Shown in pieces: positions 44,865 through 54,030 of a stretch of 60,290 bases of DNA. The position numbers and the translations under genes are program-made. The notes under the pieces were generated by a model. The model saw only the letters and a program-made list of their open reading frames with translations. It made no database searches and was not told the DNA's origin. The DNA lies in assembly GCA_007121755.1 (NCBI GenBank), contig SKJZ01000039.1, positions 1 through 60,290 on the forward strand, written 5' to 3'. The stretch comes from Halorhodospira sp. (GTDB lineage: Bacteria > Pseudomonadota > Gammaproteobacteria > Nitrococcales > Halorhodospiraceae). The stretch's first letter is position 1, and each line of letters starts with the position of its first letter.

Positions 44865-45134
44865 ATGAGTCCTGATCTGGCAATAGAGCTTGGCAATCGT
44901 ACGCTGACGGTCGCGGTCATGCTGGCCGGTCCTATCCTCTTAGCGGCGCTGGGGATCGGGCTCATTGTGGGTATGTTCCAGGCTGCGACCCAGATCAACG
45001 AGCAGACCCTCTCTTTTGTGCCCAAGCTGGGTGCCTTAGCGGTCGTCCTTTTCCTTCTAACGCCCTGGATGCTGCGGGTGCTGTTGGATTTTACGCGCAG
45101 TCTCTTTCGGGGGATTCCGGGGATGTTGGGGTGA
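44865..45134 (+). CDS. fliQ: Flagellar export apparatus protein FliQ
   Basis: 89 aa with two TM segments (GLIVGMFQAATQINEQTLSFVPK). Confidence 0.92.
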   Translation: MSPDLAIELGNRTLTVAVMLAGPILLAALGIGLIVGMFQAATQINEQTLSFVPKLGALAVVLFLLTPWMLRVLLDFTRSLFRGIPGMLG

Positions 45135-45917
45135 ATGGAGCTCACCACCGCCGAGATCGCCGGCTGGGTCGGCGCCTTTATGTACCCCCTCATGCGGGTT
45201 GGGGCGGCCGTCGTGGTAGCTCCGGTATTCGGCAACAACATGATTCCGGTGCGGGTTCGCGTCTTTGTCGGCCTCGGGTTGACGGTGGCGGTAATGCCCG
45301 CAGTCGGGCCGATTCCGGCCGCCGATCCGCTGTCCGCCCAAGGGCTGATGATTGCCGGTCAGGAGATACTCGTCGGCCTCACCATCGGCTTCGTGTTCGC
45401 GCTGGCCTTGAACACGGTGGTGATTGCCGGGGAGAGCGTCGCTCTGGCCATGGGCCTGGGCTTTGCCACCATGGTCGATCCCCAGACCGGCATGTCTGTG
45501 CCGGTGATCTCTCAGGTACTGCTGGTGGTGGCCACCCTGCTCTTCCTCGGGTTTGGTGGGCACTTGGTCATGATCCAATTGCTGGCCGACAGCTTCACCG
45601 CCATCCCTGTGGGAGGCGCCGGGCTGGAGCGGGACGCCTTCTGGGATGTGATCTCCTGGGGGTCGCAGCTTTTCGCCGGGGCGGTGTTGATCGCGTTGCC
45701 GGTGGTGACGGTCCTGCTGGTGATCAACTTGGCCCTGGGCGTGATGACGCGGGCGGCGCCGCAGATGAACGTCTTCTCCGTCGGCCTGCCGGTGACCTTG
45801 TTAGTGGGGATGTTGCTGATCCCCGTAATGCTGCTGCCCGCGCTACCGAATCGGATGGCGAGCATTTGGCAGCACGCCTACGACACCCTTGGAGTGATTC
45901 TCGGGGTATCGGGATGA
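45135..45917 (+). CDS. fliR: Flagellar export apparatus protein FliR
   Basis: 260-aa polytopic membrane protein directly after fliQ, with a FliR-like pattern (FMYPLMRVGAAVVVAPVFG). Confidence 0.92.
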   Translation: MELTTAEIAGWVGAFMYPLMRVGAAVVVAPVFGNNMIPVRVRVFVGLGLTVAVMPAVGPIPAADPLSAQGLMIAGQEILVGLTIGFVFALALNTVVIAGESVALAMGLGFATMVDPQTGMSVPVISQVLLVVATLLFLGFGGHLVMIQLLADSFTAIPVGGAGLERDAFWDVISWGSQLFAGAVLIALPVVTVLLVINLALGVMTRAAPQMNVFSVGLPVTLLVGMLLIPVMLLPALPNRMASIWQHAYDTLGVILGVSG

Positions 45918-45933
45918 ACGCGCCGGTCGCTTT

Positions 45934-46071
45934 ACGAACCTTTCGGCAGGCCTTACCAGGGGGCGCCCATAGGGGGTCTCGGCCGCAGGGATGCGGCCGT
46001 GAAGCCTCCAGGGATGGATTCACGGCGTCCCCGTATGGGCGCCCCCTGGTAAGGCCTGCCGAAAGGTTCGT
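45934..46071. repeat. 138-nt element with perfect 38-bp terminal inverted repeats enclosing two GGGA-capped hairpins (MITE-like or structured RNA)
   Basis: Left arm 45934-45971 is the exact reverse complement of right arm 46034-46071. Inner hairpins are CGGCCGCA-GGGA-TGCGGCCG (45980-45999) and TCCA-GGGA-TGGA (46007-46018). Confidence 0.85.
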
Positions 46072-46118
46072 GGCTTGGTCGTTGTCCGGCGGTCGGGTGC
46101 GGGGAGGGCGCGCGCGCT

Positions 46119-47288
46119 ATGGCTGAAGAGAACGAGAGCGGCCAGGAGAAAACCGAAGAACCGACCCCGAAACGCCGCGAAGACAGCAAAAAGAAAGGTC
46201 AGATTCCCCGCTCCCGGGAGCTGACCACCATGCTCCTCATGCTGGCGGCGGCATTGGCCCTGCTGGTCCTGGGCGGCTGGATGGGGTCGCAATTGCAGGC
46301 ACTGTTGGAGTGGTCGTTCACGATAGACCGGAGCCACATCTTCGAAAGGGATGTGGTGGTCAGATCCCTCCACGAGGCGATCGGCCGCGGGTTGATTACG
46401 GTCGGGCCTTTCGCCATGGCCATGCTGGTGGTGGCGTTGGCGGCGCCGGTCGTTCTCGGGGGGTGGTCGTTTTCAGCGCGGCCTATGGCTCCAAAGCTGG
46501 AAAAGATTAGCCCTATCAAGGGGTTCAAGCGGATGTTTGGGACCAAGGCCCTGGTTGAGCTGGGCAAGGCCCTGGGTAAGGTGTTGGTTGTGGGCGGTAC
46601 GGCGCTAGGGCTGTTCTACCTCTTTTTCGACAGCTTCTACGCGATGAGCCGGACGTCTCTGCTACCCGCGATGGCGGAGGGCATGCGGCTGTTCTACATC
46701 TTCTTCTTCCTGTTGGCGCTGTCGCTGCTGGTAGTCGTGGCCATTGACGTGCCGTACCAAATCTACGACCACACCCAGAAGATCCGCATGACCCGCCAGG
46801 AGGTGAAGGACGAGTTTAAACAGACTGAGGGTAAGCCCGAAGTCAAGAGCCGAATACGCGACTTGCAGCGGGAGATGTCCAACCAACGCATGATGGAGCA
46901 GGTGCCCAAGGCCGACGTGGTCGTCACCAACCCGGCTCACTTCGCGGTGGCGTTGCGCTACGATCAGTCCGCAATGCGCGCCCCGCGGGTCATCGCCAAG
47001 GGCACCGATTTGTTGGCGGGCCGGATTCGCGCCGTCGCCGAGGAAAACGGTATTCCGCTCTTTCAGGCGCCGCCATTGGCACGGGCCTTGTATTACTCCA
47101 CGGAGTTGGAGCAGGAGATCCCCTCCGAGCTCTATTTCGCGGTGGCTCAGGTACTGGCCTACGTCTACCAGTTGCGGGCTGCCCGCCGCCGCGGCGCTAG
47201 GCCGCCGGACCAGCCGCGGCCGGAAGTGCCCGAGGGGATGGATCAGCGCCCGGAGCGTGGTGGTAGCCAAGGAGATCAGAACGGCTGA
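46119..47288 (+). CDS. flhB: Flagellar export switch protein FlhB
   Basis: N-terminus EKTEEPTPKRREDSKKKGQIPRSRE. Autocleavage-site motif VVTNPAHFAVAL. Confidence 0.95.
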   Translation: MAEENESGQEKTEEPTPKRREDSKKKGQIPRSRELTTMLLMLAAALALLVLGGWMGSQLQALLEWSFTIDRSHIFERDVVVRSLHEAIGRGLITVGPFAMAMLVVALAAPVVLGGWSFSARPMAPKLEKISPIKGFKRMFGTKALVELGKALGKVLVVGGTALGLFYLFFDSFYAMSRTSLLPAMAEGMRLFYIFFFLLALSLLVVVAIDVPYQIYDHTQKIRMTRQEVKDEFKQTEGKPEVKSRIRDLQREMSNQRMMEQVPKADVVVTNPAHFAVALRYDQSAMRAPRVIAKGTDLLAGRIRAVAEENGIPLFQAPPLARALYYSTELEQEIPSELYFAVAQVLAYVYQLRAARRRGARPPDQPRPEVPEGMDQRPERGGSQGDQNG

Positions 47289-49453
47289 TGAACGCGGTCA
47301 TTGCGGAACAGCTCAGGTTGATCGGCTCGCGGGGGCTCGGCACTCCGCTGCTGGTGGTGGCGTTGCTGGCCATGATGGTTGTGCCGCTACCGCCCCTGGG
47401 GCTGGACATGTTGTTCACCTTCAACATCGTCCTCTCGCTATCCATCCTGCTGGTCACCGTGTACATCATGCGGCCGCTCGAGTTCGCGGTCTTCCCGACC
47501 ATCCTGCTGGTGGCGACGCTGTTGCGGCTGGCGCTCAACGTCGCTTCCACGCGGGTGATCCTCCTGGACGGGCATACCGGTACGGACGCGGCGGGCAACG
47601 TCATTCAGTCCTTCGGCGAGTTCGTCGTCGGCGCCAACTACGTTGTCGGTTTTGTCGTCTTCGCCATCCTGGTCATCATCAACTTTGTCGTGGTCACCAA
47701 GGGCGCGGGCCGTATCTCGGAGGTCACTGCCCGGTTTACGCTCGACGCTCTGCCGGGCAAGCAGATGGCTATCGACGCCGACCTGAACGCCGGTCTGATC
47801 TCTCAAGACGATGCGCGCACCCGCCGGTCGGAGGTGGCCAAGGAGGCGGACTTCTACGGCTCAATGGATGGCGCCGCCAAGTTCGTCCGCGGCGATGCCA
47901 TCGCCGGCATCCTGATCCTCCTGATCAATATCGTCGGCGGGCTGATCATCGGCCTGGCTCAGCACGGCATGCCGGTGGACGAGGCGGCGCGCAACTACAC
48001 GCTGTTGACGATCGGCGACGGTTTGGTAGCGCAGATTCCGTCGCTGGTGCTCTCCAGCGCAACCGCCATTTTGGTGACGCGGGTCTCCGATTCACAGGAG
48101 ATGACCGATGAGGTCGTCCAGCAACTCTTCGGTAACCCGAGGGTGCTGTGGGTGGTGGGCGCGGTCATTGCGCTGTTGGGACTGGTTCCCGGCATGCCGG
48201 CGGCGCCCTTTCTCTTCTTCGCCGTGTTGTGCGGCCTGGGTGCTTGGATGGCGACCCGAAAACAGACGGAGCGGCATGCCGCCGAGGAGGCGGCTGCCGA
48301 GCCGGCCGTCTCGCACGACGAGGATGCCGAACGCAAGGAGCTCACCTGGAATGACGTTCCGCCGGTCGATCCGGTGGGGCTTGAGGTCGGTTACGGCTTG
48401 ATCCCGCTGGTCGATCGCGACCAGGGCGGGCAGTTGTTGAACCGGATCAAGGGCGTACGCAAGAAAATCTCCCAGGATCTCGGCTTTCTGATTCAGCCGG
48501 TACATATCCGTGACAACCTCGATCTGGGGCCCAATTCGTACCGTATCAGTATCTTCGGCGTGCCGGTGGCCGAGGCGGAGGTGCAGCCGGGGCGGGAGTT
48601 GGCGATCAACCCCGGCACGGTCCACGGCGAGTTGGGCGGCGTGGCGACGCAGGATCCCGCCTTCGGTTTGGAGGCTGTCTGGATCGAGCCGGCCCAGCAC
48701 GACTACGCCCAGGCATTGGGGTATACCGTGGTGGACGCCAGCACGGTTATCGCCACCCACCTCTCCCAGCTGGTTCAGCAGCACGCCAAGCAACTCTTCG
48801 GCCACGAGGAGGCGCAGAAGCTCCTCGATATGCTCGCGGAGAGCCAGCCGAAGCTGGTAGAGGAGTTGGTCCCGAACACGCTGCCGCTATCCGTTCTGGT
48901 CAAGGTCATGCAGAACCTGTTGGACGAAGGCGTTCCCATCCGCGATATACGCACCATCCTTGAGACACTGGCCGAGCATGGACAAAAGACGAAGGATCCG
49001 GCGGTACTGACTCAACACGTTCGCGAGGGGCTCGCCCGCATGATTATCCAGAGCATCCACGGAATGAACCAGGAGCTCCCGGTGATTACCCTTGAGCCCC
49101 AGTTGGAACAAATATTGCTTAACACTGTTCAAGGTGCCGGCGAGGGCGGGGGCGGCGGCTTTGAACCGGGACTGGCGGAGCGCATGCAGCAGTCGCTGGC
49201 GGAAGCCGTTCAGCGCCAGGAGGCCGAGGGGCAGCCGGCAGTGTTGTTAACGTCGCCGCCGCTGCGGGTTTGGTTACGCCGCCTGACCCGCAATGCCGCG
49301 CCGGGGCTGTACGTACTTTCATACAACGAGGTGCCCGATGACCGGCAAGTGCGCATTGTCGCGACAGTCGGCCAAGGGCAGGGCCAGGGGCAGGGCGGCG
49401 GCGGGTTGGAGGGCGGCCGGCCGCGTCCGGAGAAAACCGGAGCCGGGGCATGA
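47288..49453 (+). CDS. flhA: Flagellar export gate protein FlhA
   Basis: Conserved TM domain and GAGRISEVTARFTLDALPGKQMAIDADLNAG. Large cytoplasmic domain. Unusual GQGQGQGQGGGG tail. Confidence 0.95.
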   Translation: MNAVIAEQLRLIGSRGLGTPLLVVALLAMMVVPLPPLGLDMLFTFNIVLSLSILLVTVYIMRPLEFAVFPTILLVATLLRLALNVASTRVILLDGHTGTDAAGNVIQSFGEFVVGANYVVGFVVFAILVIINFVVVTKGAGRISEVTARFTLDALPGKQMAIDADLNAGLISQDDARTRRSEVAKEADFYGSMDGAAKFVRGDAIAGILILLINIVGGLIIGLAQHGMPVDEAARNYTLLTIGDGLVAQIPSLVLSSATAILVTRVSDSQEMTDEVVQQLFGNPRVLWVVGAVIALLGLVPGMPAAPFLFFAVLCGLGAWMATRKQTERHAAEEAAAEPAVSHDEDAERKELTWNDVPPVDPVGLEVGYGLIPLVDRDQGGQLLNRIKGVRKKISQDLGFLIQPVHIRDNLDLGPNSYRISIFGVPVAEAEVQPGRELAINPGTVHGELGGVATQDPAFGLEAVWIEPAQHDYAQALGYTVVDASTVIATHLSQLVQQHAKQLFGHEEAQKLLDMLAESQPKLVEELVPNTLPLSVLVKVMQNLLDEGVPIRDIRTILETLAEHGQKTKDPAVLTQHVREGLARMIIQSIHGMNQELPVITLEPQLEQILLNTVQGAGEGGGGGFEPGLAERMQQSLAEAVQRQEAEGQPAVLLTSPPLRVWLRRLTRNAAPGLYVLSYNEVPDDRQVRIVATVGQGQGQGQGGGGLEGGRPRPEKTGAGA

Positions 49454-49484
49454 CGCCGCTCGGCGAACAGACCAGGAGTGAGCC

Positions 49485-51158
49485 ATGCGAATAAAGCGCA
49501 TCTTCGCCGCAGACATGCGGGAAGCTATCCGTAAGGTGCGGGACCAACACGGACCCGAAGCCGTGGTGATCTCTTCAAGGAAGGTGGAGGGTGGCGTCGA
49601 GGTGATCTCCGCCATCGATTACGACGAAAAGGCGGTTCAGGCCGCGGCCGAAGCGCAAGAGCCCCGGGCCGCCGAGATCCCGCCGCTCGATGTCCCAGCC
49701 GGGCCGCGACCGGGGGAGCCGGACGGCGCCGCGGTCGAGCCGGACGGGGGGGCGCTCTTCAAGACGACGGCCGCTGCCAAAACGGCCGATCACCTTATGG
49801 ACGAGGCGGAACAGGCGCGCCAGGTCGCGCTGGCCCGGCTACGTCAACTGCGTTCCAGCGGCGCCACCGCCGGTCTTGCGGATGCCGCGCCGACCGACCA
49901 AGCAGCATCCTTGACCCGTTCGCCGGCAGCCTCGCCCGCCGCTTCGGAGAGGCGGCCGCGTATCGACCTGCGGGTTGGTGGCAACGAGGACGAAGATAAA
50001 GAGTTGTTCAGCGCGCTCTCACGGGAGCACCGGGATGCCCAGAAGAAGCGCGAAGCGTCTCGCCTCCAGACGGTCTCCGATACACGGATAAGGGGCGCCG
50101 CGGCGTCCGGTCCGGCAGGTCCGGTTGGCTCGGTCAAGCCGAAAGGCGGATCTCCCGGCGGGGGGGTGGCGTCGGCGGCTCGCAAGGGTGAAGGCGGGCG
50201 TCCCTCCATCAGGATCAGTGAAGAGCCGGCGATCCAAGAGATGCGCGAAGAGATCAAGACCTTGCGCGGCCTCTTTGAAAACCAACTAAACATGATGGAG
50301 TGGGGGCGGCTGGGCCGCCGCCACCCGGCGCGGGCTAGCGTAATCAAGAGGCTGGCCGATTTAGGGTTGGGGCCCGATGTCAGCCGCCGGCTGGCCGACC
50401 ATGTGCGCGGCGACGAAGACCCCGATGCGGCCTACCGCAAGGCGTTGGCCTTGATCGCAAGGTATCTGCCGGTGACCGACGACGAGATTGTTGCCCAAGG
50501 TGGCGTGGTGGCGTTGGTCGGACCCACCGGGGTCGGTAAGACCACCACGGTAGCCAAGCTGGCGGCACGCTATGCGTTGCGCCATGGGCGCGAGCGGGTC
50601 GCACTGGTCAGCACGGATAACTACCGGATCGGCGCCCAGGACCAGTTGCTTACCTACGCGCGCATCCTCGATGTGCCGGTCTATACGGCCGGCAACCGGC
50701 ACGAACTGAGAACCCTGTTGGACGACCTCGTGGACCGCGGCCTGGTCCTCATAGATACTGTCGGCATGAGCCAAAGGGACGTGCGCCTCGCGGAGCAGTT
50801 CAAGACTTTGGGTAGCGCGGAAGGACTGGTGCGTACCTATCTGGTTCTTTCGGCGGCTACGCAGTTGTCGACACTCACCGAATCGGTGCGCGCCTTTCGG
50901 GCGGCCGACCCGGCCGGTTGCATTTTGACCAAACTCGACGAGGCGACGACATTGGGCGGGGTGCTGACGTGCGCGCTGCGTACCCGGCTGCCGTTGGCCT
51001 ACCTCGGCGTCGGACAACGGGTGCCGGAGGACTTGCAGGCGGCTCGGGGTGATACACTGGTCCACAAGGCGTGCGCGCTCTTGGAAGAGTTCGGACAGAA
51101 CACGGACGAGGAAGCGGTGGCGCTCTCGCTGGGCGGGGGAGGGCATGTCTTTGAGTAA
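49485..51158 (+). CDS. flhF: SRP-like GTPase FlhF (polar flagellar placement)
   Basis: N-terminus MRIKRIFAADMREAIRKVRDQHGPEAVVIS. GTPase motifs GPTGVGKTTT, DTVGMSQRD, TKLDE. Confidence 0.9.
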   Translation: MRIKRIFAADMREAIRKVRDQHGPEAVVISSRKVEGGVEVISAIDYDEKAVQAAAEAQEPRAAEIPPLDVPAGPRPGEPDGAAVEPDGGALFKTTAAAKTADHLMDEAEQARQVALARLRQLRSSGATAGLADAAPTDQAASLTRSPAASPAASERRPRIDLRVGGNEDEDKELFSALSREHRDAQKKREASRLQTVSDTRIRGAAASGPAGPVGSVKPKGGSPGGGVASAARKGEGGRPSIRISEEPAIQEMREEIKTLRGLFENQLNMMEWGRLGRRHPARASVIKRLADLGLGPDVSRRLADHVRGDEDPDAAYRKALALIARYLPVTDDEIVAQGGVVALVGPTGVGKTTTVAKLAARYALRHGRERVALVSTDNYRIGAQDQLLTYARILDVPVYTAGNRHELRTLLDDLVDRGLVLIDTVGMSQRDVRLAEQFKTLGSAEGLVRTYLVLSAATQLSTLTESVRAFRAADPAGCILTKLDEATTLGGVLTCALRTRLPLAYLGVGQRVPEDLQAARGDTLVHKACALLEEFGQNTDEEAVALSLGGGGHVFE

Positions 51159-52029
51159 CGCGGGCCTCGATCAGGCAGCGGGATTGCGCAGGATGGCAAG
51201 TGCCAGACCGGTCAAAGTGATCGCTATTACCGGTGGGAAGGGCGGCGTTGGCAAGACGAATGTCTCGGTGAATCTCGCCGCCGCTTTGACCCAGTTGGGA
51301 AACGAGGTCATGTTGCTGGATGCGGATCTGGGGTTGGCCAATGTCGACGTGGTCCTCGGCCTCTCTCCGAAGATGAATCTCTCCCATGTCATCGATGGCG
51401 AGGCCACCCTGGACGACGTGCTACTCGACGCGCCGGGTGGATTCACGATCGTGCCCGCCTCTTCCGGAACCCGGCGTATGGCCGAGCTCTCCTCTGTCGA
51501 GCATGCAGGGCTGATTCGCAGCTTCAGCGAACTCCAACGCAGTGTCGATGTGCTGTTGGTGGATACAGCCGCCGGTATCTCCGACGGCGTGGTGAGTTTC
51601 GCCATGGCGTGCCGCGAGTTAATCATTGTCGCGTGCGATGAACCTTCATCGATTACCGATGCCTACGCGTTGATCAAAGTGCTCAACCGGGATCACGGCG
51701 TCGAGCGCTTCCGCATGGTCGCCAACAGGGTGCGCAGCCGCCGGGAGGGGCAGTTGCTGCATCAGAAACTCTCATTGGCGACCGACCGTTTTCTCGATCT
51801 AACCCTGGACTTTATCGGGGCGATTCCTGAAGATGACCGTTTGCGTCGCGCGGTGCAGAAGCAGCGGCCGGTGATGGAGGCCTATCCCAACAGTCCGTCA
51901 TCCAAGGCCTTCGCCGAGTTGGCGCGCCGGGTCAATAAGTGGCCGGCGCCCAACGACGCGGCCGGAAACCTGGAGTTCTTTGTTGAACGTTTGATCCAAT
52001 ACAGTGCCGGGTATGGAGGTGTCGTTTGA
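51145..52029 (+). CDS. fleN: MinD/ParA-type ATPase FleN/FlhG (flagellar number regulator)
   Basis: Deviant Walker A ITGGKGGVGKTN. Lies between flhF and fliA. The ATG at 51145 overlaps the flhF 3' end. Confidence 0.9.
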   Translation: MSLSNAGLDQAAGLRRMASARPVKVIAITGGKGGVGKTNVSVNLAAALTQLGNEVMLLDADLGLANVDVVLGLSPKMNLSHVIDGEATLDDVLLDAPGGFTIVPASSGTRRMAELSSVEHAGLIRSFSELQRSVDVLLVDTAAGISDGVVSFAMACRELIIVACDEPSSITDAYALIKVLNRDHGVERFRMVANRVRSRREGQLLHQKLSLATDRFLDLTLDFIGAIPEDDRLRRAVQKQRPVMEAYPNSPSSKAFAELARRVNKWPAPNDAAGNLEFFVERLIQYSAGYGGVV

Positions 52030-52772
52030 TGAACGGCCACGCCATGTACAGCGCGGTGGCGTATCAGGGCGACGACGACGTGGTGGTCCGTTACGCTTCG
52101 CTGGTGAAACGGATCGCGCACCACTTGGCCAGCCGTTTGCCGCCGAGCGTCCAGTTGGAGGATCTGATCCAGTCGGGCATGATTGGTCTTCTGGAAGCGG
52201 CGCGCCAGTACGATGCCTCCCAGGGCGCCAGTTTTCAGACATACGCCGGTATTCGCATCCGGGGGGCGATGCTCGATGAGATGCGGCGGCTGGATTGGAC
52301 GCCGAGGTCGGTGCATCGAAAGGGTCGCGGGGTGGCGGAGGCCATCCGGGCCGTGGAGTATCGCACCGGGCGGGACGCCAGGGATCATGAAGTCGCGGAG
52401 GAGATGGGAATATCGGTGGCGGAATACCATCAAATCCTTCAGGATGTATCGACATCCCGGGTGTTCAGTATCGACCAGGAGGATCCGAACACCGGAGAGT
52501 CGCACGAGCCTGCCGGCAATCAGCCAGGCCCGCTGAACCTCCTCCAGGGCGAGGGCTTTCAGCAGGAGTTGGCGGAGGCGATTCGCGAGCTGCCTGAGCG
52601 TGAACAATTGGTTATGGCGCTCTATTATGATGAGGAGCTCAATCTGCGTGAGATCGGGGAGGTGCTGAGTGTCTCTGAATCGCGCGTCAGTCAGATCCAC
52701 GGCCGGATCATGCTTAAACTTCGCAGCCGTCTGGCCGATTGGAGTGGAAGAGACGATCCGGAGACCGCATAA
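52026..52772 (+). CDS. fliA: Flagellar sigma factor FliA (sigma28)
   Basis: Region 2 ([18 protein letters not shown]) and region 4 HTH ([21 protein letters not shown]). Confidence 0.92.
   Translation: MMNGHAMYSAVAYQGDDDVVVRYASLVKRIAHHLASRLPPSVQLEDLIQSGMIGLLEAARQYDASQGASFQTYAGIRIRGAMLDEMRRLDWTPRSVHRKGRGVAEAIRAVEYRTGRDARDHEVAEEMGISVAEYHQILQDVSTSRVFSIDQEDPNTGESHEPAGNQPGPLNLLQGEGFQQELAEAIRELPEREQLVMALYYDEELNLREIGEVLSVSESRVSQIHGRIMLKLRSRLADWSGRDDPETA
52715..52741 (+). promoter_or_regulatory. Sigma28 promoter candidate for cheYZAB, inside the fliA 3' end
   Basis: TAAACTTC-N11-GCCGATTG, about 60 bp upstream of the cheY start. Confidence 0.55.
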
Positions 52773-52798
52773 AGCGCCTCGACAGGAGGGGGCCTAAC

Positions 52799-53200
52799 GT
52801 GCCAGCGGATAAGAATATGAAGATACTTGTCGTGGATGACTTTTCCACGATGCGGCGTATCATCAAAAACCTGTTGCGTGAACTCGGCTACAACAACGTC
52901 GTCGAGGCCGATGACGGCAACACGGCGTTGCCGGTACTCAAGCGCGGCGGGATCGACTTTCTGATCACCGACTGGAATATGCCCGGCATGACCGGTTACG
53001 AATTGTTGTGCGAGGTTCGGAAAGACGAGAATTTGAAGGACTTGCCGATCTTGATGGTGACCGCCGAAGCCAAGCGGGATCAGATTGTGCAAGCCGCTGA
53101 AGCTGGCGTGAACGGGTACGTCGTCAAGCCCTTTACCGCGCAGACGCTGCGGACCAAGATCGACAAGATCTTCGAGCGTATCGACGCGGGCGGGGCGTAG
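52799..53200 (+). CDS. cheY: Chemotaxis response regulator CheY
   Basis: (V)[55 protein letters not shown] ribosome-binding site before the GTG at 52799. Confidence 0.95.
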   Translation: MPADKNMKILVVDDFSTMRRIIKNLLRELGYNNVVEADDGNTALPVLKRGGIDFLITDWNMPGMTGYELLCEVRKDENLKDLPILMVTAEAKRDQIVQAAEAGVNGYVVKPFTAQTLRTKIDKIFERIDAGGA

Positions 53201-53204
53201 CCGT

Positions 53205-53981
53205 ATGGTTGAAGCAGCGATGGGAGAGGACTTCTCGTCCCTGGCCGAATACCGCAAGGCGGCAGAGCGCTTGATCGAGCACGTCGACGCCGGTGATGCC
53301 GAGGCGGCGCAAGGGATTATTGACGATCTGACCCACTTGCGCGAGACGGAGATCTTCCGCGAATTGGGAAGCCTTACCCGGGATCTGCACGAGGCGATCA
53401 AGACTTTCCAGCTCGACGACCGGCTGGCGGACATTACCTCGTCCGAGATCCCTGACGCCCGCGAGCGCCTGAACTACGTCATAACCATGACCGAGCAGGC
53501 CGCGCACCGGACCCTCAATGTCATCGAAGACAGCATGCCACTGGCCCAAGAGTTGGCCTCGGAGAGCAGCCGGCTCCTGCAGCGGTGGCAGGCGTTCCGG
53601 CGCCGCGAATTGTCGGCAAATGAGTTTCGGCAGTTGAGCCGCGAGGTGGACGGGTTTCTAGAAAAGGTGCGCGATAACGGGCAACTAGTACACGATAAGC
53701 TCGGTGAAGCCTTGATGGCGCAGGACTATCAAGACCTGACCGGACAGATTATTCGCAAAGTGATCGCGCTGGTGGAGGAAGTGGAAGGGAATCTGGTCCA
53801 TTTGATCCGGATTTCCGGACAGCGCATCGTGGAGGAGCGCATCCCCGACTCGGATAAGGCGCAACAGGATAAGGACTCCATGATGCGCGGCGTCGGACCT
53901 TCCATCCCGGGCAGTGATGCCGCGGATGTCGTCGGCAGTCAAGACGATGTGGACGACCTTTTGTCGAGCCTGGGTTTCTAG
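53205..53981 (+). CDS. cheZ: CheY-P phosphatase CheZ
   Basis: Catalytic-region motif DYQDLTGQIIRKV and C-terminal CheY-binding peptide DDVDDLLSSLGF. Confidence 0.9.
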   Translation: MVEAAMGEDFSSLAEYRKAAERLIEHVDAGDAEAAQGIIDDLTHLRETEIFRELGSLTRDLHEAIKTFQLDDRLADITSSEIPDARERLNYVITMTEQAAHRTLNVIEDSMPLAQELASESSRLLQRWQAFRRRELSANEFRQLSREVDGFLEKVRDNGQLVHDKLGEALMAQDYQDLTGQIIRKVIALVEEVEGNLVHLIRISGQRIVEERIPDSDKAQQDKDSMMRGVGPSIPGSDAADVVGSQDDVDDLLSSLGF

Positions 53982-54030
53982 AAGGGATCTCGGGCTCCAA
54001 TACCATCTGAAATGAACGGGAGCATCGGCC

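Noticed and set aside
45131-46126. 331-aa plus-strand ORF that spans fliR in another frame and reads through the 38-bp inverted-repeat element.
   Set aside because: It is Arg/Gly/Pro-rich with no motif and no ribosome-binding site. The fliR frame has clear FliR character. The ORF stays open only because of GC content.
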